Assembly (NCBI GenBank): GCA_965116435.1
Contig: OZ220686.1
Span: forward strand, 831,456 to 895,455
Reading direction: 5' to 3'
Origin: Rhodothermales bacterium
GTDB lineage: Bacteria; Bacteroidota; Rhodothermia; Rhodothermales; VXPQ01
DNA: 64,000 nt
A program made the position numbers and the translations under genes. Positions 18,735 to 26,506 of this stretch are shown in pieces. Each line of letters starts with the position of its first letter. Within the stretch, counting starts at the first letter, position 1. The notes below the pieces were generated by a model that saw only the letters and a list, made by a program, of their open reading frames with translations, searched no databases and was not told the origin of the DNA.

Positions 18735-18874
18735 GGTTATTATAAAGCATGCTTGACATTCTCGTTTTTTGTCGTATACGGGAGGGAAACAGAACAAAAA
18801 CCAACCCACAGAGCAATGAAAGTCCCCGGAAAGCCAAGAAACCAAAGGTCGTCAAGCATTCTTTATAATAACCA
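18735..18874. repeat. MITE-like element copy 2 (about 140 bp)
   Basis: GGTTATTATAAAGCATGCTTGAC ... GTCAAGCATTCTTTATAATAACC. It starts 4 bp after the stop codon of the 17888-18730 gene. Confidence 0.8.
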
Positions 18875-18911
18875 TGACGTGGGGCATTTTTTGCATTTCA
18901 TTTTACGGGAC

Positions 18912-19202
18912 TTAATATAGAAACCTCTTATTTAATCCCCTCATAAGGTCTTTGTTTCGTATTTTTGGTTGTATAACCCGGGGATTACAAACCAAAATAA
19001 CCGCTCCGCTCCTGGAGCGTAATTTCAACCAAGCCGCCCGGAGGGGCAGAATGACATAAGCAAATCCTACCTGCAACAACTGATCGACACGCTCGACGAG
19101 AAACTCCCCGTCGAGTGTCCTGACGGAAACATATCCACGAAGGACTTCTACATCGACATCTATTTCAAGCCGTCCGAGGTAAGAGACGAGTACGGCAATC
19201 AT
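18912..19202 (-). CDS. Hypothetical small protein (96 aa from the ATG; ORF track starts at TTG 19271)
   Basis: Co-directional with and immediately downstream of the 19280-19645 ORF. No recognisable motif, so coding status is uncertain. Confidence 0.3.
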   Translation of the reverse strand: MIAVLVSYLGRLEIDVDVEVLRGYVSVRTLDGEFLVERVDQLLQVGFAYVILPLRAAWLKLRSRSGAVILVCNPRVIQPKIRNKDLMRGLNKRFLY

Positions 19203-19279
19203 CGTATTGCAGGCCCGCCGTGCTACGCGGCAACAATAGGCTTGATAAGAAACTCGTTGAATCCCTGGCAAAGTACGCG

Positions 19280-19645
19280 CTACAAGGGGTGCCGCCGTAC
19301 TTGGTCTTTGCCGATGCGAAAGACAATGTTGGTGCCTAACCCCCTACGGTTTGGCTCTGGCAAATCTATTCTGTCTGTTTCCCATGCTTCGTCTCCGTTG
19401 ACCTCAAGTTGCCATTGGACATCTGTTGCAAGCCTGTATAGATCGTCGGCAATTTTGTAGGGGATACCCCTAAGGGAAATCTTCCAATGGACGGGACCTG
19501 GAAGTTTATTTCCCGACGTGTCTATGGGTTGGCCGTCTGGAGAGAACTCCGTGATTTCCGAGGTTTCCGAAGCGTCAATCAGGATGTCGCTGGAGAAGTC
19601 ATCGTGCTTGTCAATCTTGTAGCGGGCCCTTTTGATGGTGTACAT
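19280..19645 (-). CDS. Hypothetical protein (121 aa)
   Basis: ATG-initiated ORF 117 bp downstream of the HAD gene on the same strand. No recognisable motif. Confidence 0.4.
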   Translation of the reverse strand: MYTIKRARYKIDKHDDFSSDILIDASETSEITEFSPDGQPIDTSGNKLPGPVHWKISLRGIPYKIADDLYRLATDVQWQLEVNGDEAWETDRIDLPEPNRRGLGTNIVFRIGKDQVRRHPL

Positions 19646-19762
19646 GGTTTCAGGGGTGTGGGGTTTGTGTGAAGCCCGTCAGGGCAGGGCGTATATCCTA
19701 CGGATCCGACGGATCAAATGCAAGAATTCCCCCCGCTCCCTTGACTTTCTCATTCTTGGGAT

Positions 19763-20356
19763 TTATAGCTGAGCAATCTCGCCGAACGTTAGCAATTCTG
19801 TCTCGTCTACCCTTGGGACCCTATCGCCGTAGCCGAAGGATGCCCATGCAAACCGAATTCCTGCATTGCGGGCAGCGGCAGCATCGTCCTCTCGGTCACC
19901 GACGTAGACGACTTCACACGACACAGTCTCCTTCAGTGCCTCTAGTGCTAAAAGGATGGGACGCGGGTTGGGTTTATAAGTACGACATATCCCCGGATGC
20001 ACGATCGTCTGAAAGAAATTGTAGATTCCAGCTTTGGCGAGCATCGGAATTGCAATAGCACCGGACAAGCTAGTGACAATGCCAAGCTTGGTGCCTCGGT
20101 CGGAAATCTCACTAAGGCTTGCCATAACCTCAGAATATAGGGGGATCGCCTCGTGGGTGTCCTCAATCATCCGGATCAGGCGGCTCCGCGAGACACCGAG
20201 GTCTTTGCTTAGACTGATAAGCGACTTCCCCTGCCGGAGTTCGCACTCGATATGGTCTACAATAGCTGCCCCAGTGCGCCCAAGCACACGGCTGTACCAA
20301 GGATAGCTGTCCCAGACGGTGCCATCTAAATCAAGGAGTACGACCCTGGTAGCCAT
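19763..20356 (-). CDS. HAD-superfamily phosphatase (phosphoglycolate-phosphatase-like)
   Basis: Motif I VVLLDLDGTVWDS, motif II GIVTSLSG, motif IV VYVGDREDDAAAARNAG. The start overlaps the 3' end of the DprA-like gene by 31 bp. Confidence 0.8.
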   Translation of the reverse strand: MATRVVLLDLDGTVWDSYPWYSRVLGRTGAAIVDHIECELRQGKSLISLSKDLGVSRSRLIRMIEDTHEAIPLYSEVMASLSEISDRGTKLGIVTSLSGAIAIPMLAKAGIYNFFQTIVHPGICRTYKPNPRPILLALEALKETVSCEVVYVGDREDDAAAARNAGIRFAWASFGYGDRVPRVDETELLTFGEIAQL

Positions 20357-21303
20357 TCCAAAAACTCTTGCTCCGATGTATCGGTGGTGAACAACGCATC
20401 GTCATGCTGAAGTTCCTCACCGATCTTGGCGTTCCCCGAGGTATCTTCCCGTCCGTCAGTCTTGCATGTAGCGACAGGCTTCTTCTGCTCCCTGGCAAAT
20501 CGATAGGCGTTCATTGCTCCACCTTTCAGCGACGATTGACTGACGAATACCGCTCTTGAGCAGGCCACGATAAGCTTATTCCGCTTGCGAAGCGTCAGCT
20601 TGGATGCACCAGTGCCGAAAGCAAACTGGCTCAGCATTACGGCACCCGTGTATTCGAGGAGTTGCTTCCACAGACCACCATTCTCGGGTGGAAACGGGCG
20701 ATCCAATCCCCCCGGAAGAATGCAGATTGTAGCCCCGCCCTTTTCGAGCGCAGCCCGATGACCAATGGTGTCTGCCCCAAGTGCGAACCCTGACCCAATC
20801 ACAAAGCCCGCTTGCACAGCGCCAGAGGCCAAAACTGTATGAATTCGGGAATACGGCCGCCGAATCGCACGCGATCCAACGCATGCAACGACAAGTTCAG
20901 ACCGTAGAACCTCACAGTTTCCCCGTGCATAGAGTACTGGCTCAGGGATGTTGCTGTGGAAAACGTTGGTGGGGTAGCAGGGGTGTCGATATGTCAATAT
21001 TACTCCCTGCAACTCTTTGGCCCGCCGAATCTGGCGTTCTGCCCGCGCCCACGCGGTGTTGCGGGTTTCGTCTGTCATCTCGGTAATTGCGGTACGGAAC
21101 TGCTCACCCCTCTTTCCCCTAATGGGAAGTATCCTGTGATCGTCTAACACATTGACTGGATCCAATCCGGCTTCGTACAACTGCTTGAACTTCTGAGGAC
21201 CAAACTGGTTGATCGAATCCAGTGCATAGATGCTCGCGAGTTCTCGGACGTTTGGACCACTTGTTGATATGTCGGCGGCTACCTGTCGCATGAATTCGCG
21301 CAT
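20326..21303 (-). CDS. DprA/Smf-like SLOG Rossmann-fold protein (island-borne)
   Basis: VACVGSRAIRRPYSRIHTVLASGAVQAGFVIGSGFALGADTIGHRAALEKGGATICILPGGLDRPFPPEN aligns by eye with the DprA Rossmann core (GSR..., SG.A.G.D..H..AL, G.d...P.en). Preceded by an N-terminal helical domain. Confidence 0.8.
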   Translation of the reverse strand: MREFMRQVAADISTSGPNVRELASIYALDSINQFGPQKFKQLYEAGLDPVNVLDDHRILPIRGKRGEQFRTAITEMTDETRNTAWARAERQIRRAKELQGVILTYRHPCYPTNVFHSNIPEPVLYARGNCEVLRSELVVACVGSRAIRRPYSRIHTVLASGAVQAGFVIGSGFALGADTIGHRAALEKGGATICILPGGLDRPFPPENGGLWKQLLEYTGAVMLSQFAFGTGASKLTLRKRNKLIVACSRAVFVSQSSLKGGAMNAYRFAREQKKPVATCKTDGREDTSGNAKIGEELQHDDALFTTDTSEQEFLEWLPGSYSLI

Positions 21304-21336
21304 CTTGATCGAGTAAGGGTCACTTGGGCCGGCGGC

Positions 21337-22308
21337 TCAACTCCGTTCCGTGTGGAACAGACTGAGTGCAAACACACTTCTAACACCCTTCTCAAGGAGC
21401 ATGCATGCTGCCGTCTTCATCGTGGCCCCCGTTGTGATGATGTCATCCACAACGGCAACTCTACGCCCATGTAATACCGGATCCTTAGGCACAGCCCAAG
21501 CGCGTCTCAGTGCTTTCTCGCGGGCCTTTCCAGAAACCATTCTGTGATTCTCATAGTCACGGATAGTCGTGATCGCCTCCCTGATAGGGATGGCCAACTC
21601 GTCTCTTATTGCCTCGGCCAACTCTTTGGGAATACAACCTCCCCGCTCCTCTGCACGTGAATGGGATGTCGGGATCGGAACGAGAGCGTCTACGGCTCTG
21701 ACAAGCGGAGTATGGTGGCACATGTAAGAGGCTAGCAAAAACCCTACAAATCGGCTCACCGGTCTCTGTATCTCCTTTTTCTGCAAACGAAGGATCTGGC
21801 TCATGGGATCCGCCCATTCCCTATCCCATTGGCGGGACCGGTAAGATGCAGCCGCATAGACGCCTTCAATGGCAGAATCAAATCGCTTTGTTTTCAGTTT
21901 CCGCGACGGCGAGACACCAATCTTATGGTGAGCACATGTTGCGATCGCATAGAGATCCCTCCCTCGGCACGAATCGCATTCGTCCTCGAAGCGTCGGGCC
22001 ATCTCTCGGAGGTCTGATGTCTTCCCCCGACGGATTCGCAGAAGGTGGATCCGCTCTTCAATGAGAAAACGATTGATGGGCGAATCGTTCGGAATCCTCT
22101 GCAGTTCTTTCTTGGCCTCACCGAAGCGGTGAGCCACAATCATTTCGCTGGCAAGTCGGTAACGAGCCTCGCTTTCAACCGCTCGGCTCTCACGCGTCTG
22201 CTCGGAAAGCAGCTCAAGCCACTCAAGTGCTTCAGACGGATTGTACGATGATTCGAGACTCTCCTTTGCTCGACAGATGATATACTGGTCGCTGAATGCC
22301 AAACCCAT
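21337..22308 (-). CDS. ComF/ComFC-like phosphoribosyltransferase-domain protein with N-terminal extension
   Basis: C-terminal PRPP-binding loop RRVAVVDDIITTGATMKTAACMLLEKG. A Cys/His cluster CDSCRGRDLYAIATCAHH lies upstream of the PRTase fold. About 110 extra N-terminal residues are helical. Confidence 0.8.
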   Translation of the reverse strand: MGLAFSDQYIICRAKESLESSYNPSEALEWLELLSEQTRESRAVESEARYRLASEMIVAHRFGEAKKELQRIPNDSPINRFLIEERIHLLRIRRGKTSDLREMARRFEDECDSCRGRDLYAIATCAHHKIGVSPSRKLKTKRFDSAIEGVYAAASYRSRQWDREWADPMSQILRLQKKEIQRPVSRFVGFLLASYMCHHTPLVRAVDALVPIPTSHSRAEERGGCIPKELAEAIRDELAIPIREAITTIRDYENHRMVSGKAREKALRRAWAVPKDPVLHGRRVAVVDDIITTGATMKTAACMLLEKGVRSVFALSLFHTERS

Positions 22309-22376
22309 AGTTCACATCCGTTACTTAGAAATGGTCCGGGAAATTCGGACAGGTCGTTTATTAGGATTGCGCTGGG

Positions 22377-22726
22377 TCATGCCGCCTCCGGCAGCACCTT
22401 TCGTCTGTAGTATACGTCGCAGGGCGTCAAGTTGTCAAGGCCCTGGTGCGGATTTTTTTCGTTGAAGTAACCGATGCGCTCTCGCGCCTCGACTGGCCTT
22501 GCATACGCATGCAGATTGATCTCTTCCACCTTGGGTTGCGCCAGAAGCGCTCCACGTACACATTGTCCAGCCACCGGCCCTTCCCGTCCATCGTGTTAGA
22601 GACGCGGTACGCAAGCGCCTTGCGGCTGTGCCAGTCGATCACCGCCGTCAGGTACATGGCGCCGCGCGCCATCGGGATGTACGTAATGTCCGCCGCATAC
22701 GCATGGCCCGGTCTGTCTATCGTCAT
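22377..22726 (-). pseudogene. IS3-family transposase OrfB (DDE integrase core) remnant
   Basis: AADITYIPMARGAMYLTAVIDWHSRKALAYRVSNTMD jumps directly to GKGRWLDNVYVERFWR, so the central catalytic region is missing. The frame then shifts to ...VEEINLHAYARPVEARERIGYFNEKNPHQGLDNLTP. Confidence 0.8.
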
Positions 22727-22752
22727 GGTCTTGAGCAGGGCCTTGCGCTCGG

Positions 22753-23046
22753 CTACAGGCCGCGACCGAGCGCTTGCGATAAAAAATCCTTCTCCATCGA
22801 CAACTGCCCTATCTTGGCGTGAAGCGCCTTAATCTCCTCCTCGCGTTCGCCGGAAGGGGCAGAGCGGCCTCGGGCGAATAGCTCTGGGCCATGCTCCAGC
22901 GCATGTCTCTTCCAGGACTGTATCTGGTTCGGATGCACTTCAAAGCGGGCGGCGAGGTCCGCCAGCGTGCTGTCGCCGCGTAGGGCGGCGAAGGCCACCT
23001 TCGTCTTGAAGGCGGGGCTGTGGGGTCTACGGGTGCGTTTGGGCAT
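22753..23046 (-). CDS. IS3-family transposase OrfA (HTH)
   Basis: MPKRTRRPHSPAFKTKVAFAALRGDSTLADLAARFEVHPNQIQSWKRHALE is the typical IS3/IS911 OrfA N-terminus. A leucine-zipper-like tail follows. Confidence 0.8.
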   Translation of the reverse strand: MPKRTRRPHSPAFKTKVAFAALRGDSTLADLAARFEVHPNQIQSWKRHALEHGPELFARGRSAPSGEREEEIKALHAKIGQLSMEKDFLSQALGRGL

Positions 23047-23170
23047 GGAATGTCTCTTTTAGGTTGGCTGGATTGGAACAAGATCGCAATCCTACACCTT
23101 AAAATCCCGCAAACGCTATCCGACGAAGCCGAACCACCTATAGTGTCAACCAAACACTAAACCTGTACAT

Positions 23171-26080
23171 CTAATGGCGTACGTGCAGTGTTGGTTCAAG
23201 GGCAAGTTTTTGTGTAAGTTTTTCAACGACCGAAGGCTCAATATTGAGCACATCTTGGCATAGTCTGGCATTCAATTCGCAGCGCACAGGGTCAGTTACA
23301 AGGCCACTAAATCCCTGCAACAACTTCCCTTTCAAATTCTCGTAGATATCTACAGCCGTTGCAAGTTGTTCATTCGACAGTTTGTTTACATCCAATATCG
23401 GAAGTGTCTCAGATAGTTCATGAGTGAGTCTAGATCTGCCTAAGTACGGCCTATTGCTGTGTAGGATTCTAAGCAAAAGGCCTGGTGTGGAGTTTAGCCA
23501 CAAACATAAAGCTTCCTCTTTTCCCAGTGCAGGAGATCGAGGTATAAGTGTAATCCACGAACTAACACCAAGCATTGGGGTATTTGTCAATACTGCTGCC
23601 ACTCGTTGTGGTGCCATACCCAGATCACAAGCCAATTGCAGACGCCCCTGACGTGCGAGCATCGCATCTTGGGTAAAAGGATCTCTATCACTGCGTCGTT
23701 CAAGACGTGCATCGGCTTTTGCTTCGAGAGTAGTGTTCCTTATCGATTTGTGGTGCCAAAGGACCGGAATTCCAGTCCGCAGATTGTCGTTTGTCTCAAA
23801 AATATTAAACAAACCTTGTTTGGGATTCTTGACCTGCATATGGTAAGGCCCCAAATCCATTACAACCTGCAATTCCGTCAAGGGAACACTAGCCAATGGA
23901 CCATATGCACTAGTGCGCATACCCTCCGCTATCAACGCCAATTCCGATTGTGCAAATGTCGTATATGACCAAGCATCATCTGTTAAGTTTTTCTGTGGGA
24001 CCGCGATCATACTACCCCAAGCTGTCTCGCCAATATCTATACTTCTTGACTCAAGAGAAACAGCATCCTCATCCATTGCAAGTAGCTTACGCATCAGGGT
24101 CATAGCTTCCACTGGTTCATCTGGGTTATGAATTAGATTAACAAATTTAACTTCACTACGATTCAAACTCAAGACATCTTTCGTAGCAACGATCAGTACC
24201 TCGGCAATACGCGTTGATTCCGAAAACGAAACCCAGCGTCGTCCTGGCAGGCCCTTTTTGGCACTCCGATTGCGAATGTCGTGACTTACAATGACCCAAT
24301 CAATCGCATACTTACTCAACAGTAACTGTCTTATTCCACTCCATCGACTTCCCGTCAGCATTGTCGCTGGTAGTACAAAAGCGATGCGTCCATTCACAGC
24401 CAAATTTTCATCGGCAAGTACTACGAAAGCTGATCCCAAGCCCGCATAAAGACTCGCGGGAGTCCCTTGCAAAGATTTCTTTAGTGACGCTTTCATCTTC
24501 TCTGCATCACCCGCATTAAGAAGAGACCCAAATATTGGGTTCCAGAGAGTATTTTTTTTGTCGCCCGGGCCGCCTGCTCGCGTATAGGGGGGGTTCGCAA
24601 TAATCAGATGGCACTCACGGGGCATGATGACATCATCATCTACTTCACCAGTACCCGTAACTCTTACCGAGACTTCTTCTTCGAATAGCGGGAGTCGAGC
24701 TGCATTTCCTTTACTGGGTGAACTAACGAGAAAATCCAAACTACCCAAGCGTGGCACACCATCGTCCACATCGTGTCGTACGCGCCACAGATTCATATCT
24801 TGTATGAGCTGCCGCGCTTCTGCCATGCAAAGTGTAGAGGCCGCCAAATGAATCGCCGCTGGAACCACATCGAAACCGTACAATGCCCTTTCTAATACGA
24901 ACCGCACTACTTCTCGTTCATCTGCCAACATAGATCCACCGCGACGCCCATGCTTGAGAATTTCCTGCGCTACTGCCATCAGCAAAGTGCCGCTTCCACA
25001 TGCTGGATCTACAATTCGCAAGGTGGCTACGGATTTGGGATCTGAGAAATCGATTTGAGCCCAGCACTTGTTGCGCTCGTCGAATGCCAGTCCCGCAAGC
25101 AGAATCGCTGCGGGGATAGTTGTATAGTTCGTTGCGAGAAACTTTCTCGAATCCAAAAGTCGATGAAAAATTCGACCCGCCACATCGTGGCGGCGTATCG
25201 CGCCGATCTCCGCAATCTCCGCCGCCGCCTGCTTCAAAACACTTACTGCTTGACGGTTGGTCGGTGCCGGTGTGGTTTTTAACGTCTCTTTGGCGATGTG
25301 AAAAATCGGCCACCAGTTGATTTCCAGTATCTCAATCCACTGCCGCACTAAATGATCCGGTCCACGCTCTGGATCAGGACGCAGAATACGCTTGCTGTGA
25401 TGTTCTGGCGAAAGTAGCGAAGTGTCCAAATGTCGAGCTAGAAGCTCTTGGAATAACATTGCATTGAGCCAAATAAGTGCCTTTGTTGCAGGGCCGTCCT
25501 GTTGCTCACTTCGATTTTCTGGATCAACCCTCGAAAGCACGTCACCTGCAACCTTGATGGCTTGCGCCGCACGCCTTACTGTTTCTTCAATACCAATTCC
25601 ATTATCACTTTGTATCCAGTAGTCGCGCAAAATCTCCGCAAGTGTTGCAACACTCCCCACCGTTTCTTCGCTCCAAGGATCTCCAAAATACCGGTAGGCA
25701 ATAACCAAGTCCTCACACGATGCAAGATTTGATTCTGTCTGGCTTTCGGGAAGCTCTGCCAGCCTTGGAGGGTAGCCGACAGCAACCACGAGCCGCACCG
25801 GCAGACCATTCACTATTGCTGGTGCGTCATCCAGCAGCCTCTTGTCTGCGTCAGATTTCGCGGGGCTTCCAAACTCGGCTTCAACAACCACTGCATAGTC
25901 GTCAAAGTCAAGAAGAACGTCAGCCTGACCGTGAGAATCGCCAAACACACGACGCTGCTCCCCTTCCGCGCTTAATCCTTCGAGGCGGAGTAGCCGCGCT
26001 AATGACAAGTTGTAGGCGACTTCCGTTGAGTTGCTATTCATGCTACGTGAAAAGGTTCGGTTCGTCCAGTTCAGTTCCAT
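23171..26080 (-). CDS. N6-adenine DNA methyltransferase fusion protein (type IIG/IIL-like; putative N-terminal PD-(D/E)xK-like module, gamma-class MTase, C-terminal specificity region)
   Basis: 969 aa, low GC. Motif I LRIVDPACGSGTLLMAV and motif IV HLIIANPPYTRAGG. The post-catalytic block IAFVLPATMLTGSRWSGIRQLLL is typical of Eco57I/MmeI-like enzymes. The N-terminus GQADVLLDFDDYAVVVEAEFGSPAK is nuclease-like but lacks a canonical ExK. Confidence 0.75.
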   Translation of the reverse strand: MELNWTNRTFSRSMNSNSTEVAYNLSLARLLRLEGLSAEGEQRRVFGDSHGQADVLLDFDDYAVVVEAEFGSPAKSDADKRLLDDAPAIVNGLPVRLVVAVGYPPRLAELPESQTESNLASCEDLVIAYRYFGDPWSEETVGSVATLAEILRDYWIQSDNGIGIEETVRRAAQAIKVAGDVLSRVDPENRSEQQDGPATKALIWLNAMLFQELLARHLDTSLLSPEHHSKRILRPDPERGPDHLVRQWIEILEINWWPIFHIAKETLKTTPAPTNRQAVSVLKQAAAEIAEIGAIRRHDVAGRIFHRLLDSRKFLATNYTTIPAAILLAGLAFDERNKCWAQIDFSDPKSVATLRIVDPACGSGTLLMAVAQEILKHGRRGGSMLADEREVVRFVLERALYGFDVVPAAIHLAASTLCMAEARQLIQDMNLWRVRHDVDDGVPRLGSLDFLVSSPSKGNAARLPLFEEEVSVRVTGTGEVDDDVIMPRECHLIIANPPYTRAGGPGDKKNTLWNPIFGSLLNAGDAEKMKASLKKSLQGTPASLYAGLGSAFVVLADENLAVNGRIAFVLPATMLTGSRWSGIRQLLLSKYAIDWVIVSHDIRNRSAKKGLPGRRWVSFSESTRIAEVLIVATKDVLSLNRSEVKFVNLIHNPDEPVEAMTLMRKLLAMDEDAVSLESRSIDIGETAWGSMIAVPQKNLTDDAWSYTTFAQSELALIAEGMRTSAYGPLASVPLTELQVVMDLGPYHMQVKNPKQGLFNIFETNDNLRTGIPVLWHHKSIRNTTLEAKADARLERRSDRDPFTQDAMLARQGRLQLACDLGMAPQRVAAVLTNTPMLGVSSWITLIPRSPALGKEEALCLWLNSTPGLLLRILHSNRPYLGRSRLTHELSETLPILDVNKLSNEQLATAVDIYENLKGKLLQGFSGLVTDPVRCELNARLCQDVLNIEPSVVEKLTQKLALEPTLHVRH

Positions 26081-26506
26081 TGATCTTGCAGTTAGATCAG
26101 TTATTCTGTCACAGGAAGATACGATTCTAATCGAAGCCTGTCAAGTAAAAAGAATAATTTGGGAATTATAGACAATCCTTGACAAGGACTACTTTCTCGG
26201 CGGAGGCTTGATCCCCGCCTTGCGATCTGCTTGGTCGCAGATGAGATTCGCTACGCCCTCCAAGTCCTTCATGCTGGCGAGCGGCTCCGAGCGATCAGGA
26301 ACCGGCTTCGCCTTGCACGGAAGCAGCTGGGAAACTATGGTTTTGCGAATACGCATGGCAGTAAGATAAGTCTTCTCACCGAGAAAGTCAAGCCCCTGTC
26401 GCAGAAAATGGACGAGCCATGAACAGATTCAGATGGTTCCGGGCGGACTTTACCTACAGGATAAGTATAAAAACCCGTTACTTCCATAATTTTCGAAAAA
26501 ACGCCT

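Larger units (their letters stand above)
22350..23168 (-). mobile_element. Decayed IS3-family insertion sequence (about 0.8 kb remnant)
   Basis: OrfA is intact. OrfB has its N-terminus missing, an internal deletion and a frameshift. The putative ends TGTACAGGTTTAGTG... (read from 23168 on the minus strand) and ...GGACAGGTCGTTTATTAGG (22352-22370) are imperfectly inverted. The boundaries are approximate. Confidence 0.65.

Noticed and set aside
17725-18874. The ~140-bp inverted-repeat elements as integron attC sites defining a gene cassette
   Set aside because: The geometry is cassette-like. However, the ends read 5'-GGTTAT...ATAACC-3' rather than 5'-RYYYAAC...GTTRRRY-3', the two copies are nearly identical (attC sites usually differ), and no intI integrase or attI is present in the window.
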